Below the pieces are notes generated by a model that did no database searches, had not been told where the DNA came from, and was given only the letters and a program-made list of their open reading frames with translations. From Gammaproteobacteria bacterium (GTDB lineage Bacteria; Pseudomonadota; Gammaproteobacteria; Eutrophobiales; Eutrophobiaceae), in contig CBDEUK010000002.1 of assembly GCA_965243205.1 (NCBI GenBank), positions 288,001 to 352,000 on the forward strand: a stretch of DNA of 64,000 bases. The letters are read 5' to 3'. Positions 22,934 to 35,769 of the stretch are shown here, piece by piece. Position numbers and translations under genes: made by a program. Positions within the stretch are counted from its first letter, which is position 1; each line of letters starts with the position of its first letter.

Positions 22934-24730
22934 ATGCAAAACATCCGTAATTTCTCGATCATAGCTCATATCGATCATGGTAAATCCACTTTAGCAGACC
23001 GTTTTATTCAAATATGCGGTGGTTTATCTGATCGTGAAATGTCTGCGCAAGTTCTTGATTCAATGGATATTGAGCGCGAACGTGGTATTACTATTAAAGC
23101 TCAAAGCGTGACCTTAGATTTCAAATCAGAAGATGGTCATACCTATCAGCTAAATCTCATTGATACTCCAGGGCATGTGGATTTCAGTTACGAAGTTTCC
23201 AGATCATTAGCTGCTTGTGAAGGTGCTTTATTAGTAGTTGATGCCGCTCAGGGCGTAGAAGCGCAAAGTGTTGCCAATTGTTTTACTGCGATTGAACATG
23301 ATCTTGAAGTATTACCCGTTTTAAACAAAATTGATTTGCCATCAGCTGAACCAGACCGGGTGATGAACGAAATTGAGGAGATTATCGGTCTAGATACCTC
23401 CGAAACTATTAATGTCAGTGCCAAAATGGGTACAGGCGTAAGAGAATTGCTTGAGCAATTAGTTAGAGTATTTCCAGCGCCGAGTGGCGATCCATCTAAA
23501 CCACTTAAGGCACTTATTATTGATTCTTGGTTTGATAATTACCTTGGAGTAGTCAGTTTAGTACGTATTGTTGATGGCGAAATGTCGGTACGAAAAAAAA
23601 TGAAGGTGATGTCTACTGGACGTGATTATGAAATCACTGAGCTTGGTATTTTTACTCCAAAAAGAGAATCCAGAGATAAGCTTTTAACCGGCGAAGTTGG
23701 TTATGTTGTAGCAAGCATTAAAGATATTCATGGCGTACCAGTGGGTGATACGCTAACCATGACGGATAACTCAGCGGATGAACCGGTTCCTGGATTTGAA
23801 AAGGTAAAGCCTCGGGTATTTGCTGGTTTATATCCAGTTGATTCGGGTGATTATGAAGCGTTTAGAGAAGCTCTATCCAAATTGAGATTAAATGATGCTG
23901 CGTTAAATTTTGAACCTGAGACATCACAAGCTTTGGGGTTTGGTTTTCGATGTGGCTTTCTCGGGATGCTGCATATGGAAATTATTCAGGAACGATTGGA
24001 ACGCGAATATGATTTAAGTCTGATCACAACAGCACCAACAGTAGTTTATGAAGTTTTAACTACTGCAGGAGATATTTTATATGTGGATAATCCTGCTAAT
24101 CTACCTAGCACTGATAAAATAGATGAAATTCGCGAGCCGATTGTTCGTACAGATATTTTAGTGCCACAGGACTATATTGGAAATGTGATTACTTTATGTA
24201 TTGAGAAACGTGGTATTCAGAAAAAAATCCAATATCTTGGCAATCAGGTTTCATTGACCTATGAACTGCCGATGAGTGAAATGGTTTTGGACTTTTTTGA
24301 TCGATTAAAATCGGTTAGCCGTGGATATGCTTCCTTTGATTATGCATTTATTCGTTTTGATGCAGCAAAATTACAGAAATTAGATATTCAAATTAATGGT
24401 GAAAGGGTAGATGCCTTATCTTGTATTGTTCATTATGATCAAGTACAAACTCGAGGTAGAGACCTTGCTGAAAAAATTAAAGAATTTATCCCAAGGCAAA
24501 TGTATGAAGTGGCAGTACAGGCCTCGGTTGGCTCTAAAATTGTTGCGAGACAAACCGTTAAAGCAATGCGTAAAAATGTGACTGCTAAATGCTATGGTGG
24601 AGATATCACTCGAAAACGTAAACTATTGGAAAAACAAAAGGCCGGAAAGAAACGTATGAAACAGTTTGGTTCGGTCGAAATACCACAAGAGGCTTTCATG
24701 GCCATATTACATGTAGGAAAAGACAAATGA
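22934..24730 (+). CDS. lepA: Elongation factor 4
   Basis: [38 protein letters not shown]. Confidence 0.99.
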   Translation: MQNIRNFSIIAHIDHGKSTLADRFIQICGGLSDREMSAQVLDSMDIERERGITIKAQSVTLDFKSEDGHTYQLNLIDTPGHVDFSYEVSRSLAACEGALLVVDAAQGVEAQSVANCFTAIEHDLEVLPVLNKIDLPSAEPDRVMNEIEEIIGLDTSETINVSAKMGTGVRELLEQLVRVFPAPSGDPSKPLKALIIDSWFDNYLGVVSLVRIVDGEMSVRKKMKVMSTGRDYEITELGIFTPKRESRDKLLTGEVGYVVASIKDIHGVPVGDTLTMTDNSADEPVPGFEKVKPRVFAGLYPVDSGDYEAFREALSKLRLNDAALNFEPETSQALGFGFRCGFLGMLHMEIIQERLEREYDLSLITTAPTVVYEVLTTAGDILYVDNPANLPSTDKIDEIREPIVRTDILVPQDYIGNVITLCIEKRGIQKKIQYLGNQVSLTYELPMSEMVLDFFDRLKSVSRGYASFDYAFIRFDAAKLQKLDIQINGERVDALSCIVHYDQVQTRGRDLAEKIKEFIPRQMYEVAVQASVGSKIVARQTVKAMRKNVTAKCYGGDITRKRKLLEKQKAGKKRMKQFGSVEIPQEAFMAILHVGKDK

Positions 24731-25536
24731 ATTTTGATTTTGCCGCTTTTTTAGTCTTCATGACCTTTTTGACAGGGAGTATTTGGTTATTGGATATATT
24801 AATCTTTGCTCGTTCGCGTAATAAACTAGCTCAAGAAAAATCGACTTTGACTGAACCTTGGCCTATAGAATTTGCAAAATCGTTTTTCCCAATATTTTTT
24901 ATTGTTCTAATACTTCGCTCATTTATTGTCGAACCGTTTAGAATTCCAAGTGCTTCTATGATGCCAACTTTACTGGAAGGTGATTTTATTCTAGTAAATA
25001 AAAATGATTATGGAATTCGTCTACCTGTTATCAATAAGAAAATTTTTGGTGAACATACACCAGAACGTGGTGATATTGTTGTGTTTCGTTATCCTGTTGA
25101 TGATAAAACACCTTTTATTAAACGCATTGTTGGTGTGGCTGGAGATGAATTGGTTTATAGGGATAAAACACTATACGTGAATGGGGTTGAAATAAAAGAG
25201 ACGCATTTAGGAGATTATACGGGACAAGATTCTAATAATTTAATGATGGCAGGTTCTCAAGTATTCGAAGAAGATTTAGACGGCGTGGTACATAAAATCC
25301 TTGAAGTGCCTGGCCGTCGCTCCAAAGATGTGAATGTAGTTGTTCCAAAAGGGCACTATTTTGTATTGGGCGATAATCGGGATAATAGCAAAGACAGCCG
25401 TTATTGGGAGTTCGTACCGGATGAAAACCTAATGGGGCGTGCTTTTATGATATGGATGAATTGGCGATCAGATAGTTTTTTTGATTTATCGAGTTGGAAG
25501 GTGGACTGGAAACGAATTGGCACAATGCTAAAATAG
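24727..25536 (+). CDS. lepB: Signal peptidase I
   Basis: [25 protein letters not shown]. Confidence 0.98.
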   Translation: MNFDFAAFLVFMTFLTGSIWLLDILIFARSRNKLAQEKSTLTEPWPIEFAKSFFPIFFIVLILRSFIVEPFRIPSASMMPTLLEGDFILVNKNDYGIRLPVINKKIFGEHTPERGDIVVFRYPVDDKTPFIKRIVGVAGDELVYRDKTLYVNGVEIKETHLGDYTGQDSNNLMMAGSQVFEEDLDGVVHKILEVPGRRSKDVNVVVPKGHYFVLGDNRDNSKDSRYWEFVPDENLMGRAFMIWMNWRSDSFFDLSSWKVDWKRIGTMLK

Positions 25537-25579
25537 TATTGGAGCTCTAATAACTGCTAATAACCGGGAGTGACTTAAC

Positions 25580-25972
25580 ATGATGCATTTGAAATCGAAA
25601 CAACAAGGCATGTCCTTTTTAGGGATAGTTTTTTTAATATTAGTTTTTGTAGTATTTGGTGCTTTAGGCTTAAGACTCTACCCTTTGTATTATGATAAGT
25701 TCCAAATTATTTCAGCTATGCAGTCTGTTACTGAAAGAGCAGACGCGGCGGATTTAACACCAAGTCAGGTAAGAAGCTATTTTATGCGTAATATTGAAAT
25801 TACTAATATACGTCGTTTTACTGATGCAAATATAAAACAACATCTAAAAATATTAAAAGGTAAAAAAGGCGAGCCTAATCAAATGAAATTAAAATATGAA
25901 GCTGAAAATAAGTTTTTTGCCGATATATATTTTAATTTAAAGTTTGAAGAAACCATGCCATTGGGTAATTAA
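25580..25972 (+). CDS. DUF4845 pilin-like protein
   Basis: QQG|MSFLG leader plus TM; conserved lepB-rnc position. Confidence 0.8.
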   Translation: MMHLKSKQQGMSFLGIVFLILVFVVFGALGLRLYPLYYDKFQIISAMQSVTERADAADLTPSQVRSYFMRNIEITNIRRFTDANIKQHLKILKGKKGEPNQMKLKYEAENKFFADIYFNLKFEETMPLGN

Positions 25973-25988
25973 TATAATTAGTAGGTGA

Positions 25989-26672
25989 ATGATCAATAAC
26001 AGCAAAAAGCTTCTTTCAGCACTTAATTATCAATTTAAAGACACATCGTTATTAGAACTAGCTCTTACTCATAGAAGTGTCGGTCAACACAACAATGAAC
26101 GCTTGGAATATCTAGGTGATGCATTATTGGGATTTGTTATAGCTGATCATATTTTTAATCGTTTCAAAAATTCTCCTGAAGGTGAGTTAACTAGGATGCG
26201 AGCCAACCTAGTCAAAAAAGAAACGCTAGCAAAATTAGCTAAAAAATTAGATCTAGGATCACATATATATCTAGGGACGGGTGAAAAAAAGAGCGGTGGA
26301 TGGCGCAGAGACTCAATCTTGGCAAATACCTTTGAGGCATTGATTGGTTCGATTTATTTGGATTCTGACTTTCATACTTGTGAAAAATGTTTGTTAGAAA
26401 TTTATAAAGAATTGCTAGAAGAAATCTCACCTGATTCTCATACAAAAGACCCTAAAACTCGCTTGCAAGAATTATTACAAGCTAAAAAGTTAGCTTTGCC
26501 CATATATAATACTATTAAAGAGGAAGGCGAGGCGCACCTAAAGACATTTACTGTTGAATGTAAGATTGAATCAATAGAAAACACAATCATAGCTACAGGT
26601 CGTAGTAAACGTATTGCTGAGCAATCTTCTGCTGAGCAAGCGTTAGAAATTTTAGAAGAAGAGTTTTCATGA
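25989..26672 (+). CDS. rnc: Ribonuclease III
   Basis: NERLEYLGDA, dsRBD. Confidence 0.98.
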   Translation: MINNSKKLLSALNYQFKDTSLLELALTHRSVGQHNNERLEYLGDALLGFVIADHIFNRFKNSPEGELTRMRANLVKKETLAKLAKKLDLGSHIYLGTGEKKSGGWRRDSILANTFEALIGSIYLDSDFHTCEKCLLEIYKELLEEISPDSHTKDPKTRLQELLQAKKLALPIYNTIKEEGEAHLKTFTVECKIESIENTIIATGRSKRIAEQSSAEQALEILEEEFS

Positions 26673-27562
26673 CTAGTCCATCTCGTTGTGGTCATGTGGC
26701 TATTTTAGGTAGACCAAATGTCGGTAAATCTACATTACTTAATCGATTAGTCGGCGAAAAAATCAGTATCACAACTCGCAAACCACAAACAACACGTCAT
26801 CACATAGTTGGTATCAGTAATCTAAAACAACATCAAATTATTTATATTGATACTCCAGGTTTACAACAGTCGCCAAAAAGTGCAATTAATCGTTATATGA
26901 ATAAACAGGCAATGAATGTTATCAATGATGTTGATGTGATTATTTTTATGGTTGAAGCCAATAAATGGACTGAAAATGATTTAACTGTTTATCAAGCTAT
27001 AAAAAATAGTAATGCGAAAATATTATTATTAATCAATAAAATTGATCGATTAGATGATAAAGCAAATTTATTACCTTATTTACAAGAATTAAAGGGCGTT
27101 GTTGGTGATATGGAGCTCATCCCTCTATCTGCTTTATCTGATAGTGAGGTTCGAGAATTTGAGCTGAAATTAGTCGATAATCTACCTGTAGCAGATAGAT
27201 TGTATGACGAAGATCAAATTACTAATCGTAGTATGCGGTTTATAGTTTCAGAATTAATACGCGAAAAATTAATTCAGCAATTGGGGGATGAACTTCCGTA
27301 TGCAACAGCTGTAACAATTGATAGTTATAAAGAATCAGAGAAATTTACTCATATACATGCGACGATATGGGTAGAACGTCCAGGTCAAAAAGCTATCGTG
27401 ATTGGTAAGCAAGGAGCTGTATTAAAATCTATAGGTGAAAAAGCAAGAAAGGAAATAGAAAAAATGATAGAGCATAAAGTTCTGTTAGAGACTTGGGTCA
27501 AACAAAAAGCTAAATGGACAGATGACGAAAATATGCTTAGACAATTTGAGTTTGATGTTTAA
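26669..27562 (+). CDS. era: GTPase Era
   Basis: GRPNVGKST, KPQTTR, KH domain VIGKQG. Confidence 0.98.
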   Translation: MTSPSRCGHVAILGRPNVGKSTLLNRLVGEKISITTRKPQTTRHHIVGISNLKQHQIIYIDTPGLQQSPKSAINRYMNKQAMNVINDVDVIIFMVEANKWTENDLTVYQAIKNSNAKILLLINKIDRLDDKANLLPYLQELKGVVGDMELIPLSALSDSEVREFELKLVDNLPVADRLYDEDQITNRSMRFIVSELIREKLIQQLGDELPYATAVTIDSYKESEKFTHIHATIWVERPGQKAIVIGKQGAVLKSIGEKARKEIEKMIEHKVLLETWVKQKAKWTDDENMLRQFEFDV

Positions 27563-27572
27563 CTAATATTAT

Positions 27573-28286
27573 ATGCAAACTGATCTTAATCCTTGCTTTT
27601 TGCTGCATCAACGTGCGTATCGTGAAACAAGTTCTATACTCGATGTGTTTTCAAGAGAACATGGGCGAGTTGGTATTATTGCTAGAGGTATTAAATCTAA
27701 AAATAAAAATAACTTGCAAGGACTTTTGCAACCGTGTCAAAAATTAATGATGTCTTGGTCAGGCAAAGGTGAACTTCCAACTTTAAATAAAGTTGAAATG
27801 ATAAATCCTATTACACTTTCATCAAGTAGAATTATATTGCTTGGCTTCTATATAAACGAACTTATCGTGAAGTTATTACATAAAAACGAAGCACATATTG
27901 AATTATTTGATGTATATGAATCTACATTGCAAGAATTAATAGATGAAAATACAGAGCAACAGACTTTAAGGGTTTTTGAAAAACGGCTTTTAGAATCTAT
28001 TGGCTATGGTTTAGTACTTGATTATGATGCGCTTAATGAAATGCCAATCATTCCTAGCAACAGGTACTATTATTCCTTCGAAAATGGAGCAAGTCTTACT
28101 GCTCCAGAATTTGGTGAATACATTCAAATTAATGGAGAGACATTATTAAATTTAGAACAAGAGCTGTTCGAAACAGAAGATTGTTTACATGAAGCCAAAA
28201 TATTAATGCGTTATATTTTTAAAATGATTTTAGGACAAAAACCTCTGCTTAGCCGACAGTTATATCAATCTTATTTAAATGCCTAA
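27573..28286 (+). CDS. recO: DNA repair protein RecO
   Basis: LHQRAYRETS, FYINEL, FEKRLL; synteny. Confidence 0.95.
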   Translation: MQTDLNPCFLLHQRAYRETSSILDVFSREHGRVGIIARGIKSKNKNNLQGLLQPCQKLMMSWSGKGELPTLNKVEMINPITLSSSRIILLGFYINELIVKLLHKNEAHIELFDVYESTLQELIDENTEQQTLRVFEKRLLESIGYGLVLDYDALNEMPIIPSNRYYYSFENGASLTAPEFGEYIQINGETLLNLEQELFETEDCLHEAKILMRYIFKMILGQKPLLSRQLYQSYLNA

Positions 28287-28292
28287 ATATTT

Positions 28293-29015
28293 ATGAAAGA
28301 ATTGAAATTAGGAGTCAATATTGATCATGTAGCCACTCTGCGAGAAGCTAGAGGTGGTGCTTATCCTTCTACACTGGATGCTGCCAAGATATCTATTGAT
28401 GGTGGGGCAGATTCTATTACTGTACATCTTCGTGAAGACCGTAGACATATACAAGATCATGATGTCGAAGCATTAAGAAATGAAGAAGATTTAATATTGA
28501 ATTTAGAAATGGCGGCAACGGATGAAATGATCATGATAGCAAAAAGGATAAAACCTGATTATGTATGTGTTGTGCCTGAGAAAAGAGAGGAATTAACAAC
28601 GGAAGGTGGTTTAGATGTTGTTAACAATATGGATAAAATTAAAATACTTTGTGATAGTTTGAGTTCAAAAAATATTTTTATATCATTATTTGTTGATCCT
28701 GACTTAGCACAAATAACCACTGCAAAAGAAGTTGGCGCTGATACAATTGAAATACACACTGGTCATTATGCGAATACCGATAATAAATCGGCTGAATTAA
28801 ATAAGATAAAAGAATCAGCAGAGTTTGCCGAAAAAATCGGTTTGCAAGTAAATGCCGGGCATGGCTTAACGGTAGATAATGTTCAAGCAATAGCGGCTAT
28901 AAAACAGATTAATGAATTAAATATTGGCCATTCAATTATTTCAAGAGCAGTTTTTATTGGACTTAAAGAAGCTGTTAGAGAAATGAAAGAATGCATTAAT
29001 AAGGCAAGACATTGA
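28293..29015 (+). CDS. pdxJ: Pyridoxine 5'-phosphate synthase
   Basis: LGVNIDHVATLR, HLREDRRHI, NAGHGL. Confidence 0.98.
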   Translation: MKELKLGVNIDHVATLREARGGAYPSTLDAAKISIDGGADSITVHLREDRRHIQDHDVEALRNEEDLILNLEMAATDEMIMIAKRIKPDYVCVVPEKREELTTEGGLDVVNNMDKIKILCDSLSSKNIFISLFVDPDLAQITTAKEVGADTIEIHTGHYANTDNKSAELNKIKESAEFAEKIGLQVNAGHGLTVDNVQAIAAIKQINELNIGHSIISRAVFIGLKEAVREMKECINKARH

Positions 29016-29016
29016 T

Positions 29017-29394
29017 ATGATATATGGTATTGGAGTAGATATTGTTGATATTTCCAGGATTAATGAAATACAACGGAAATATGAAGATGCCTTCGCTAAA
29101 AGAATATTAACGGATTCAGAATTTGAAAAATACCAAGCTCATCAACAACCATCTACCTTTTTAGCAAAACGTTTTGCATCTAAAGAAGCTTTTTTAAAAG
29201 CTTTAGGAATAGGATTATTCAGAGGTGTATCGATGAATCAGCTATCAATAGAGAATGATAGTTTAGGTAAACCTTCAATAAAATGTGATTCAGAGGCTCA
29301 AGCTTACTTAACAAAGCGCTCTATTAGAAAAAGTCATCTAAGTATTAGCGATGAAAAAAAATATGCTGTAGCGATGGTAGTGCTAGAAGCTTAA
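29017..29394 (+). CDS. acpS: Holo-ACP synthase
   Basis: GIGVDIV, AKRFASKEAFLKALG. Confidence 0.97.
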   Translation: MIYGIGVDIVDISRINEIQRKYEDAFAKRILTDSEFEKYQAHQQPSTFLAKRFASKEAFLKALGIGLFRGVSMNQLSIENDSLGKPSIKCDSEAQAYLTKRSIRKSHLSISDEKKYAVAMVVLEA

Positions 29395-29448
29395 AATTTA
29401 TTACACTATATACCGTATTAAAATAATAATAATATCAAGAAGCAAGTC

Positions 29449-31017
29449 ATGGCGGATGAAAATCTATTAAACGAAATAAATAAACGACGAACATTTGCAA
29501 TCATTTCGCATCCCGATGCAGGAAAAACCACTGTTACTGAACAATTATTATTGTATGGTGGTGCAATTCAAATGGCTGGTACAGTTAAAGCACGAAAATC
29601 TGCTCGCCATGCAACATCTGATTGGATGGAAATGGAAAAAGAGAGAGGCATTTCTATAACCAGTTCTGTAATGCAATTTGAATTTTCTAATAAGATTATC
29701 AATTTATTAGATACACCTGGACATGAGGATTTCTCTGAAGACACTTATCGAACTTTAACCGCAGTTGATTCTGCATTAATGGTAATTGATGTTGCAAAAG
29801 GGGTTGAAGATAGGACCCGAAAGTTAATGGATGTTTGTCGTCTTAGAACAACGCCAATAATTACTTTTATTAATAAATTGGATCGTGAAGGCAAAGAGCC
29901 AATTGAATTATTAGATGAAATTGAAAATGAATTAGGTATTCAATGCGCACCTATTAATTGGCCAGTAGGCATGGGAGGGCGTTTAAAAGGGTTATTCGAT
30001 CTTAAATCTGAGCAAGTACGTGTTTACGATAAATTAAACCCAGAAAATAAAGAGATATTTGTTTCTTTATCTGAGATAAACGATCTCAATAGAGATTTAC
30101 CTGATTTCGAAGAAGAATTAGAAATTGTAAAAGAAGTCTGTCCTGAATTTGATCAAGAAAAATATCTTGCGGGTGAGCAAACGCCTGTTTTCTTTGGTAC
30201 GGCGCTACATAACTTTGGTGTTGAGGAATTTTTACAACATTTAGCTGATTATGCTCCTGGTCCTCAGTCAAGAGAAACGGTTGAACGAGAAGTCGAACCT
30301 GAAGAACAAAAAATGACAGGCTTTGTATTCAAGATTCAAGCGAATATGGATCCTGCTCATCGAGACCGTATAGCTTTCTTACGATTATGTTCTGGTAAAT
30401 TTACTCGTGGTATGAAAATGCGGCATGTACGTGCTAAGCGTGATGTGCAAATTGCCAATGCAGTAACATTTATGGCCGGTAACAGAGAATTAGCAGAAAA
30501 TGCATATTCAGGTGATATTATCGGTTTACATAATCATGGAAGTATTCAGGTTGGAGACACATTCACCCAAGGTGAAGTATTAAACTTTACGGGTATACCA
30601 CATTTTGCTCCAGAGTTATTTCGTAAAGTCCGTTTAAAAGATCCTTTAAAAATGAAAGCGCTACAAAAAGGCCTAGTGCAATTATGCGAAGAGGGCGCTA
30701 CACAAGTTTTTAAACCATTAATCAGTAATGATTTAATATTAGGGGCAGTGGGTGTTTTACAATTTGATGTGGTTGCAGCAAGATTGAAAGATGAATATGG
30801 TGTTGAATGTATTTACGATGCTGCTCAAGTTGCAACAGCAAGATGGATTGAATGCGAAGATGAACAAATAATGAAGTCATTTAAACAAAAAGCAGAAGTG
30901 AATCTTGCGATAGATGGCGCTGAACAGTTAACCTACTTAGCGCCAAGTTTGGTAAATTTAAATCTTGCAGAAGAGAAATGGTCAGATATTAAGTTTAACG
31001 CTACTCGTGAACATTAA
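29449..31017 (+). CDS. prfC: Peptide chain release factor 3
   Basis: [29 protein letters not shown]. Confidence 0.99.
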   Translation: MADENLLNEINKRRTFAIISHPDAGKTTVTEQLLLYGGAIQMAGTVKARKSARHATSDWMEMEKERGISITSSVMQFEFSNKIINLLDTPGHEDFSEDTYRTLTAVDSALMVIDVAKGVEDRTRKLMDVCRLRTTPIITFINKLDREGKEPIELLDEIENELGIQCAPINWPVGMGGRLKGLFDLKSEQVRVYDKLNPENKEIFVSLSEINDLNRDLPDFEEELEIVKEVCPEFDQEKYLAGEQTPVFFGTALHNFGVEEFLQHLADYAPGPQSRETVEREVEPEEQKMTGFVFKIQANMDPAHRDRIAFLRLCSGKFTRGMKMRHVRAKRDVQIANAVTFMAGNRELAENAYSGDIIGLHNHGSIQVGDTFTQGEVLNFTGIPHFAPELFRKVRLKDPLKMKALQKGLVQLCEEGATQVFKPLISNDLILGAVGVLQFDVVAARLKDEYGVECIYDAAQVATARWIECEDEQIMKSFKQKAEVNLAIDGAEQLTYLAPSLVNLNLAEEKWSDIKFNATREH

Positions 31018-31038
31018 ACGAAAAATATAGCTTCCTCA

Positions 31039-33420
31039 TTATTCGCTACGGGAGTAATGAGGGATAACTTCTTGTTCTACTTTCTTTTCAGTTTCAGGTT
31101 GTTTAGTTGGTTGAGGTTTCTCAATATTCTCAGCTGGCCTCTGTGTAGCTTCAACTGATTTATTTTGAGTACTTTCTAAGCTCTCAGATTGTTTAATTCT
31201 ATCCATACGCTCAACTTGTTGTTGTGAAGTATTGTCATTACTATTAATGGATTCACTTTTTGTATTAGCGGAAGCAGCATCTGTTTTAACACTGTTATCT
31301 ACCTTTAAGTCCGTTTGAGAACTATTTGCTGTGCTTATATTAGACTCTTTTTGTTGAACAGCTTCTTTTTGATTTTCATCACGACGTCTATTTTGATTAT
31401 TACGCCCACGACCTCTACCACGATTACGAGAAGAATTATCTGAACGTGTTTGATTATTACGTTCAGATTTTTTTACTGAATTATCAGAATTGGCTTCAGT
31501 ATTATTTTTTTGTTCAATATCTTTTGTTTTTGAATTTTTATTATTTGGACGATTCGAGTTTCGTCTATTGTTATTACGTTGACGATTATTTGAATTACCT
31601 TGCTGTTTATTACGGTTATTTCGAGAATCTTCTGAATTACGATTTCGATTGCCGCGACGGCGTGACTGATTATTATCAGAACCACGACCGCGACGAGGTT
31701 TCTTTTCTTCTTTCTTTTCAGGAATACCGAATAAGCTACCAAATAAACGTGAAATTAAACCTTTACTCTTTTCTGTTTTTTCAACAGAAGGTGGTTTAGG
31801 CGTTGATGGAATGACTTGTTGTAACGCAGGTTGCTCAACAGGTTTACGACGATGTGTTGTTGTCGTTTCTGATACCTCGCTTTCAACCTCAGAGATCATT
31901 TGGTAACTCGGTTTTTGATATTCTTTACTGTCCGCTTCAGATTGTCGAATTCGAGTGACTTCGAAATGCGGTGTTTCCAAATTTGGATTAGGGATAATAG
32001 TTACTTCGACATCGTGTTGCTTTTCAACATTCAAAATTGCTTCACGTTTTTCATTTAGAATTAACGAACTGGCGTCAACTGGAAGCTGAACAATAACCCG
32101 AGAAGTCATATCCTTAATCGCTTCCTCCTCAATTAAGCGGACTAAAGATAAAGCTAGAGACTCTGTACTGCGAATGGTCCCGGTACCTTGACAACGAGGG
32201 CACGTAATATGACTCGAATCGCCCAAGGATGGTCTAAGTCGTTGTCTAGACATTTCTAACAGACCGAAGCGAGAGATTCTACCAACTTGAACTCTTGCAC
32301 GATCGACTTTTAGATGTTCCTTGATAGCATTTTCGACTTCACGTTGATTACGATTATTCATCATATCGATGAAATCAATCACGATTAAGCCACCTAAATC
32401 GCGAAGACGTAATTGTCTGGCAATTTCAGCCGCAGCCTCTACATTAGTATTTAATGCAGTTTCTTCAATGTCGCTACCAGCCGTAGAACGAGCTGAATTA
32501 ATATCGATACTGATTAAGGCTTCAGTGTGATCAATAACTAGCGCGCCACCTGATGGTAGTCGAACTTCTCTGGAAAATGCCGATTCAATTTGGTTTTCAA
32601 TTTGATAACGTGTAAATAATGGATCGCTTTCTTTGTAGAGTTTTAATTTGGATAAATTATGTGGCATGACCATTTCCATAAAGTCACGTGCACGTTGGTA
32701 TGTTTTTTCGTCGTCAATCCAGATTTCATTAATATCAGTACGTAAATAATCACGAATAGCACGAATGATCACTTCACTTTCTTGATAAATAAGGAAGGGA
32801 GCTTCTTTTGCCGCAGCAGTTTGTTTGATCGAATCCCAAACTTGTAATAAATAATCTAAATCCCACTGTAGTTCTTCGATTGATTTACCAACACCAGCGG
32901 TTCTTAAAATCAATCCTACGCCTTTGGGGATATTTAATTGATTCAAAGCTTCTCGGGCTTCAGTTCGATCACTGCCTTCAATTTGTCTTGAAACACCTCC
33001 AGCTCTTGGGTTATTTGGCATCAATACCAAATAACGTCCGGCTAGACTGATAGAGGTGGTTAGCGCTGCGCCTTTATTACCACGTTCCTCTTTCTCAATC
33101 TGGATGATGAATTCCATACCTTCTTTGAGATGTTCTTTGACATTGATACGACCAGAGGATTTTTCATCGTCGACCATTTGTTCTCGAAGAACATTATGGG
33201 AAATTTCTTTGAAGGGTAGGAAGCCGTGTCGTTCGGAGCCATAACTCACAAAGGCAGCTTCTAGGCTGGGTTCAAGTCGAACAATTTTACCTTTGTATAT
33301 ATTGGATTTTTTTTGTTCGCGCACGGTCGCTTCGATATCCAGATCGTATAATCGTTGCCCGTCGACCAAGGCAACTCGCAACTCTTCCGGCTGAGTCGCG
33401 TTAATAAGCATTCTTTTCAT
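31039..33420 (-). CDS. rne: Ribonuclease E
   Basis: [28 protein letters not shown] Zn link, membrane helix [14 protein letters not shown]-rich tail. Confidence 0.98.
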   Translation of the reverse strand: MKRMLINATQPEELRVALVDGQRLYDLDIEATVREQKKSNIYKGKIVRLEPSLEAAFVSYGSERHGFLPFKEISHNVLREQMVDDEKSSGRINVKEHLKEGMEFIIQIEKEERGNKGAALTTSISLAGRYLVLMPNNPRAGGVSRQIEGSDRTEAREALNQLNIPKGVGLILRTAGVGKSIEELQWDLDYLLQVWDSIKQTAAAKEAPFLIYQESEVIIRAIRDYLRTDINEIWIDDEKTYQRARDFMEMVMPHNLSKLKLYKESDPLFTRYQIENQIESAFSREVRLPSGGALVIDHTEALISIDINSARSTAGSDIEETALNTNVEAAAEIARQLRLRDLGGLIVIDFIDMMNNRNQREVENAIKEHLKVDRARVQVGRISRFGLLEMSRQRLRPSLGDSSHITCPRCQGTGTIRSTESLALSLVRLIEEEAIKDMTSRVIVQLPVDASSLILNEKREAILNVEKQHDVEVTIIPNPNLETPHFEVTRIRQSEADSKEYQKPSYQMISEVESEVSETTTTHRRKPVEQPALQQVIPSTPKPPSVEKTEKSKGLISRLFGSLFGIPEKKEEKKPRRGRGSDNNQSRRRGNRNRNSEDSRNNRNKQQGNSNNRQRNNNRRNSNRPNNKNSKTKDIEQKNNTEANSDNSVKKSERNNQTRSDNSSRNRGRGRGRNNQNRRRDENQKEAVQQKESNISTANSSQTDLKVDNSVKTDAASANTKSESINSNDNTSQQQVERMDRIKQSESLESTQNKSVEATQRPAENIEKPQPTKQPETEKKVEQEVIPHYSRSE

Positions 33421-33849
33421 TGTTTTTATCCTGTTACAACACGTCTCAACCGACTATTAGGTTGCTTAGACAGGAACCATGCTGGCTCGACTGTATTATG
33501 TTATATAGCACCCGAGGGAGACGTTTTTTGTATGTGTTTATGGAAGACTTTTCTTAGTAATCGTCTTCTTTTCATAGGCCTACTTATTTCTTAAGAAAGG
33601 CGAATGTAAATAATTAATTAAAAATTCTTTTGCCCAGTTAGCCTGATTTAAAATCGCTTACAGCTATATTTCGTATTTCTACTGATAAGCCAGACTGGAT
33701 ACAAATATGTTTCGCTACGCTTTTATGCTTTCTAAGCCTTAGTAGCTTGTAATCTGAGATATGTTATTCTCAAGTTTGTTCCACGACTCCTTAATATAGC
33801 AATCTTAGGGCAAAGCAGCAATGCTCTAGAGCCGAATAGTAATCAATTA

Positions 33850-34791
33850 ATGATGCAAAAAACCACAGGTGTTCAATATGTTAGCGTCGATTTTTCGCAA
33901 GCAGGGCGGAGAATCGATAATTTTTTACAATTACAGCTTAAAGGAGTGCCCAAAACTCGGATTTATCAGATGATTCGAAAAGGTGAGGTCAGAGTAAATG
34001 GTTCTCGCGTGAAGCAAAACCATCGGGTCGATGAAGAAGATGTTGTGAGGATTCCTCCTGTAAAATTACCAGAATCTAGTCAAGAAGCGATATATTTCTC
34101 AAATAAAATCATTACATTAATTGAAGCTTCACTATTATATGAGGATGATGCGTTATTAGTCATTAATAAACCCAGTGGACTGGTTGTTCATTCTGGTTCA
34201 GGTCAGAAAGCGGGCGTGATTGAGTATTTACGTCACATGAGGCCTGAGCTTAAATTTCTAGAATTGGCGCACCGTTTGGATAGAGATACTTCAGGATGTT
34301 TAATATTGGTTAAACAACCCAATGTTTTAAAACAAGTTCAGAATGTTTTAAAAGATCATACGATTGAAAAACATTACCTTGCTTTCGTAAAAGGGCACTT
34401 AAGGGAATCGAATTTTGAAGTATCACAACCACTCAGAAAAAATACTTTAAGTAGTGGGGAGCGTATTGTCAGAGTGGATGCAAATGGGAAGCATGCGGTT
34501 AGCCGTTTTAATAGATTGCATCAATTCAATTTGGGTAGTTTGGTAGAAGTTGAACTAATCACGGGTAGGACTCATCAAATTCGTGTGCATTCTCATTATA
34601 TGGGGCATCCAATAGCAATGGATTCTAAATACGGTGATAAAGAATTTAACAAACGAGTTAAAAAATTTGGTTTGAAGCGTATGTTCCTTCATGCACATAC
34701 TATGCTATTACCATTACCAAACTATACAGAACCTTTGCATTTAGAAGCACCGTTAAATCATGATTTAGAACAATTTTTAGAACGTATATAA
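33850..34791 (+). CDS. rluC: 23S rRNA pseudouridine synthase RluC
   Basis: S4 domain, HRLDRDTSG, TGRTHQIRVH; divergent from rne. Confidence 0.95.
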   Translation: MMQKTTGVQYVSVDFSQAGRRIDNFLQLQLKGVPKTRIYQMIRKGEVRVNGSRVKQNHRVDEEDVVRIPPVKLPESSQEAIYFSNKIITLIEASLLYEDDALLVINKPSGLVVHSGSGQKAGVIEYLRHMRPELKFLELAHRLDRDTSGCLILVKQPNVLKQVQNVLKDHTIEKHYLAFVKGHLRESNFEVSQPLRKNTLSSGERIVRVDANGKHAVSRFNRLHQFNLGSLVEVELITGRTHQIRVHSHYMGHPIAMDSKYGDKEFNKRVKKFGLKRMFLHAHTMLLPLPNYTEPLHLEAPLNHDLEQFLERI

Positions 34792-34836
34792 AAATTCATT
34801 TTTAAATTTATCATCTTGAAAAAATAGGAATCAAAT

Positions 34837-35766
34837 ATGTCGGACAATATTGACGATAAAATGGTAAAACAAATTGCCCATGAAGCAGTAGCCGAATTAC
34901 GGGCAGCAAGACGTTGGCGAATTTTTTTCTACAGCTTATTTGCCTTGTATTTTCTGGGTTTTATTTTAATTTTGTGGTCAAAAAATAACGATACGTTTAG
35001 TAGCGGTTATGGAAAACATACTGCTTTAATTAATATTAAAGGAATTATATCTGATCAAGCAGAAGCGAATGCAGATAGAGTCGTGACTGGACTACGTAAT
35101 GCGTTTGAGGATGAAAATACAAAAGGTGTTATTTTACGGATAAATAGTCCAGGAGGTAGCCCAGTTCAGGCTGGTTATATTAATGACGAGATTTATCGTT
35201 TGCGTGAATTACACCCTGAGATACCTGTCTACGCGGTGATCAGTGATCTATGTGCTTCGGGTGGATATTACATCGCTGCTGCGGCTGATCGAATCTATGC
35301 AGATAAAGCAAGTTTGATTGGTTCGATTGGTGTCATTATGTCAGGATTTGGTTTTGTGGATTCAATCGAAAAACTTGGGGTTGAACGCCGTTTATTAACG
35401 GCAGGGGAAAACAAAGGTTTTCTTGATCCTTTCTCACCATTAAAACATGATGAAGTAGAACATGTTAGGGGTTTGCTGGATGATATTCATCAACAGTTTA
35501 TCGATGTCGTAAAAAAAGGCCGTGGTTCTCGTATTAATGATAATGATGCATTATTTTCAGGCTTGATCTGGACGGGTGAGCAAGCGGTGGATTTAGGTTT
35601 GGCTGATGCTTTAGGTAGTTCAAGTTATGTCGCACGAGAAATTGTACAAGCTGAAGATATCATCGATTTTACGCCGAAAGAAAATTATTTAGATCGTTTT
35701 GCTGAAAGTATTGGAGCTTCTATAGCAAATACCTTGGCACCTAAACTAGAGCTATTACTGAAATAA
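34837..35766 (+). CDS. sppA: S49 family signal peptide peptidase
   Basis: INSPGGS, ASGGYYIA, GSIGV. Confidence 0.9.
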   Translation: MSDNIDDKMVKQIAHEAVAELRAARRWRIFFYSLFALYFLGFILILWSKNNDTFSSGYGKHTALINIKGIISDQAEANADRVVTGLRNAFEDENTKGVILRINSPGGSPVQAGYINDEIYRLRELHPEIPVYAVISDLCASGGYYIAAAADRIYADKASLIGSIGVIMSGFGFVDSIEKLGVERRLLTAGENKGFLDPFSPLKHDEVEHVRGLLDDIHQQFIDVVKKGRGSRINDNDALFSGLIWTGEQAVDLGLADALGSSSYVAREIVQAEDIIDFTPKENYLDRFAESIGASIANTLAPKLELLLK

Positions 35767-35769
35767 AAT

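Noticed and set aside
31039-31800. Low-complexity R/N/Q region and overlapping ORFs 31446-31799 and 31473-31742
   Set aside because: Normal disordered RNase E scaffold; the other ORFs are shadow frames
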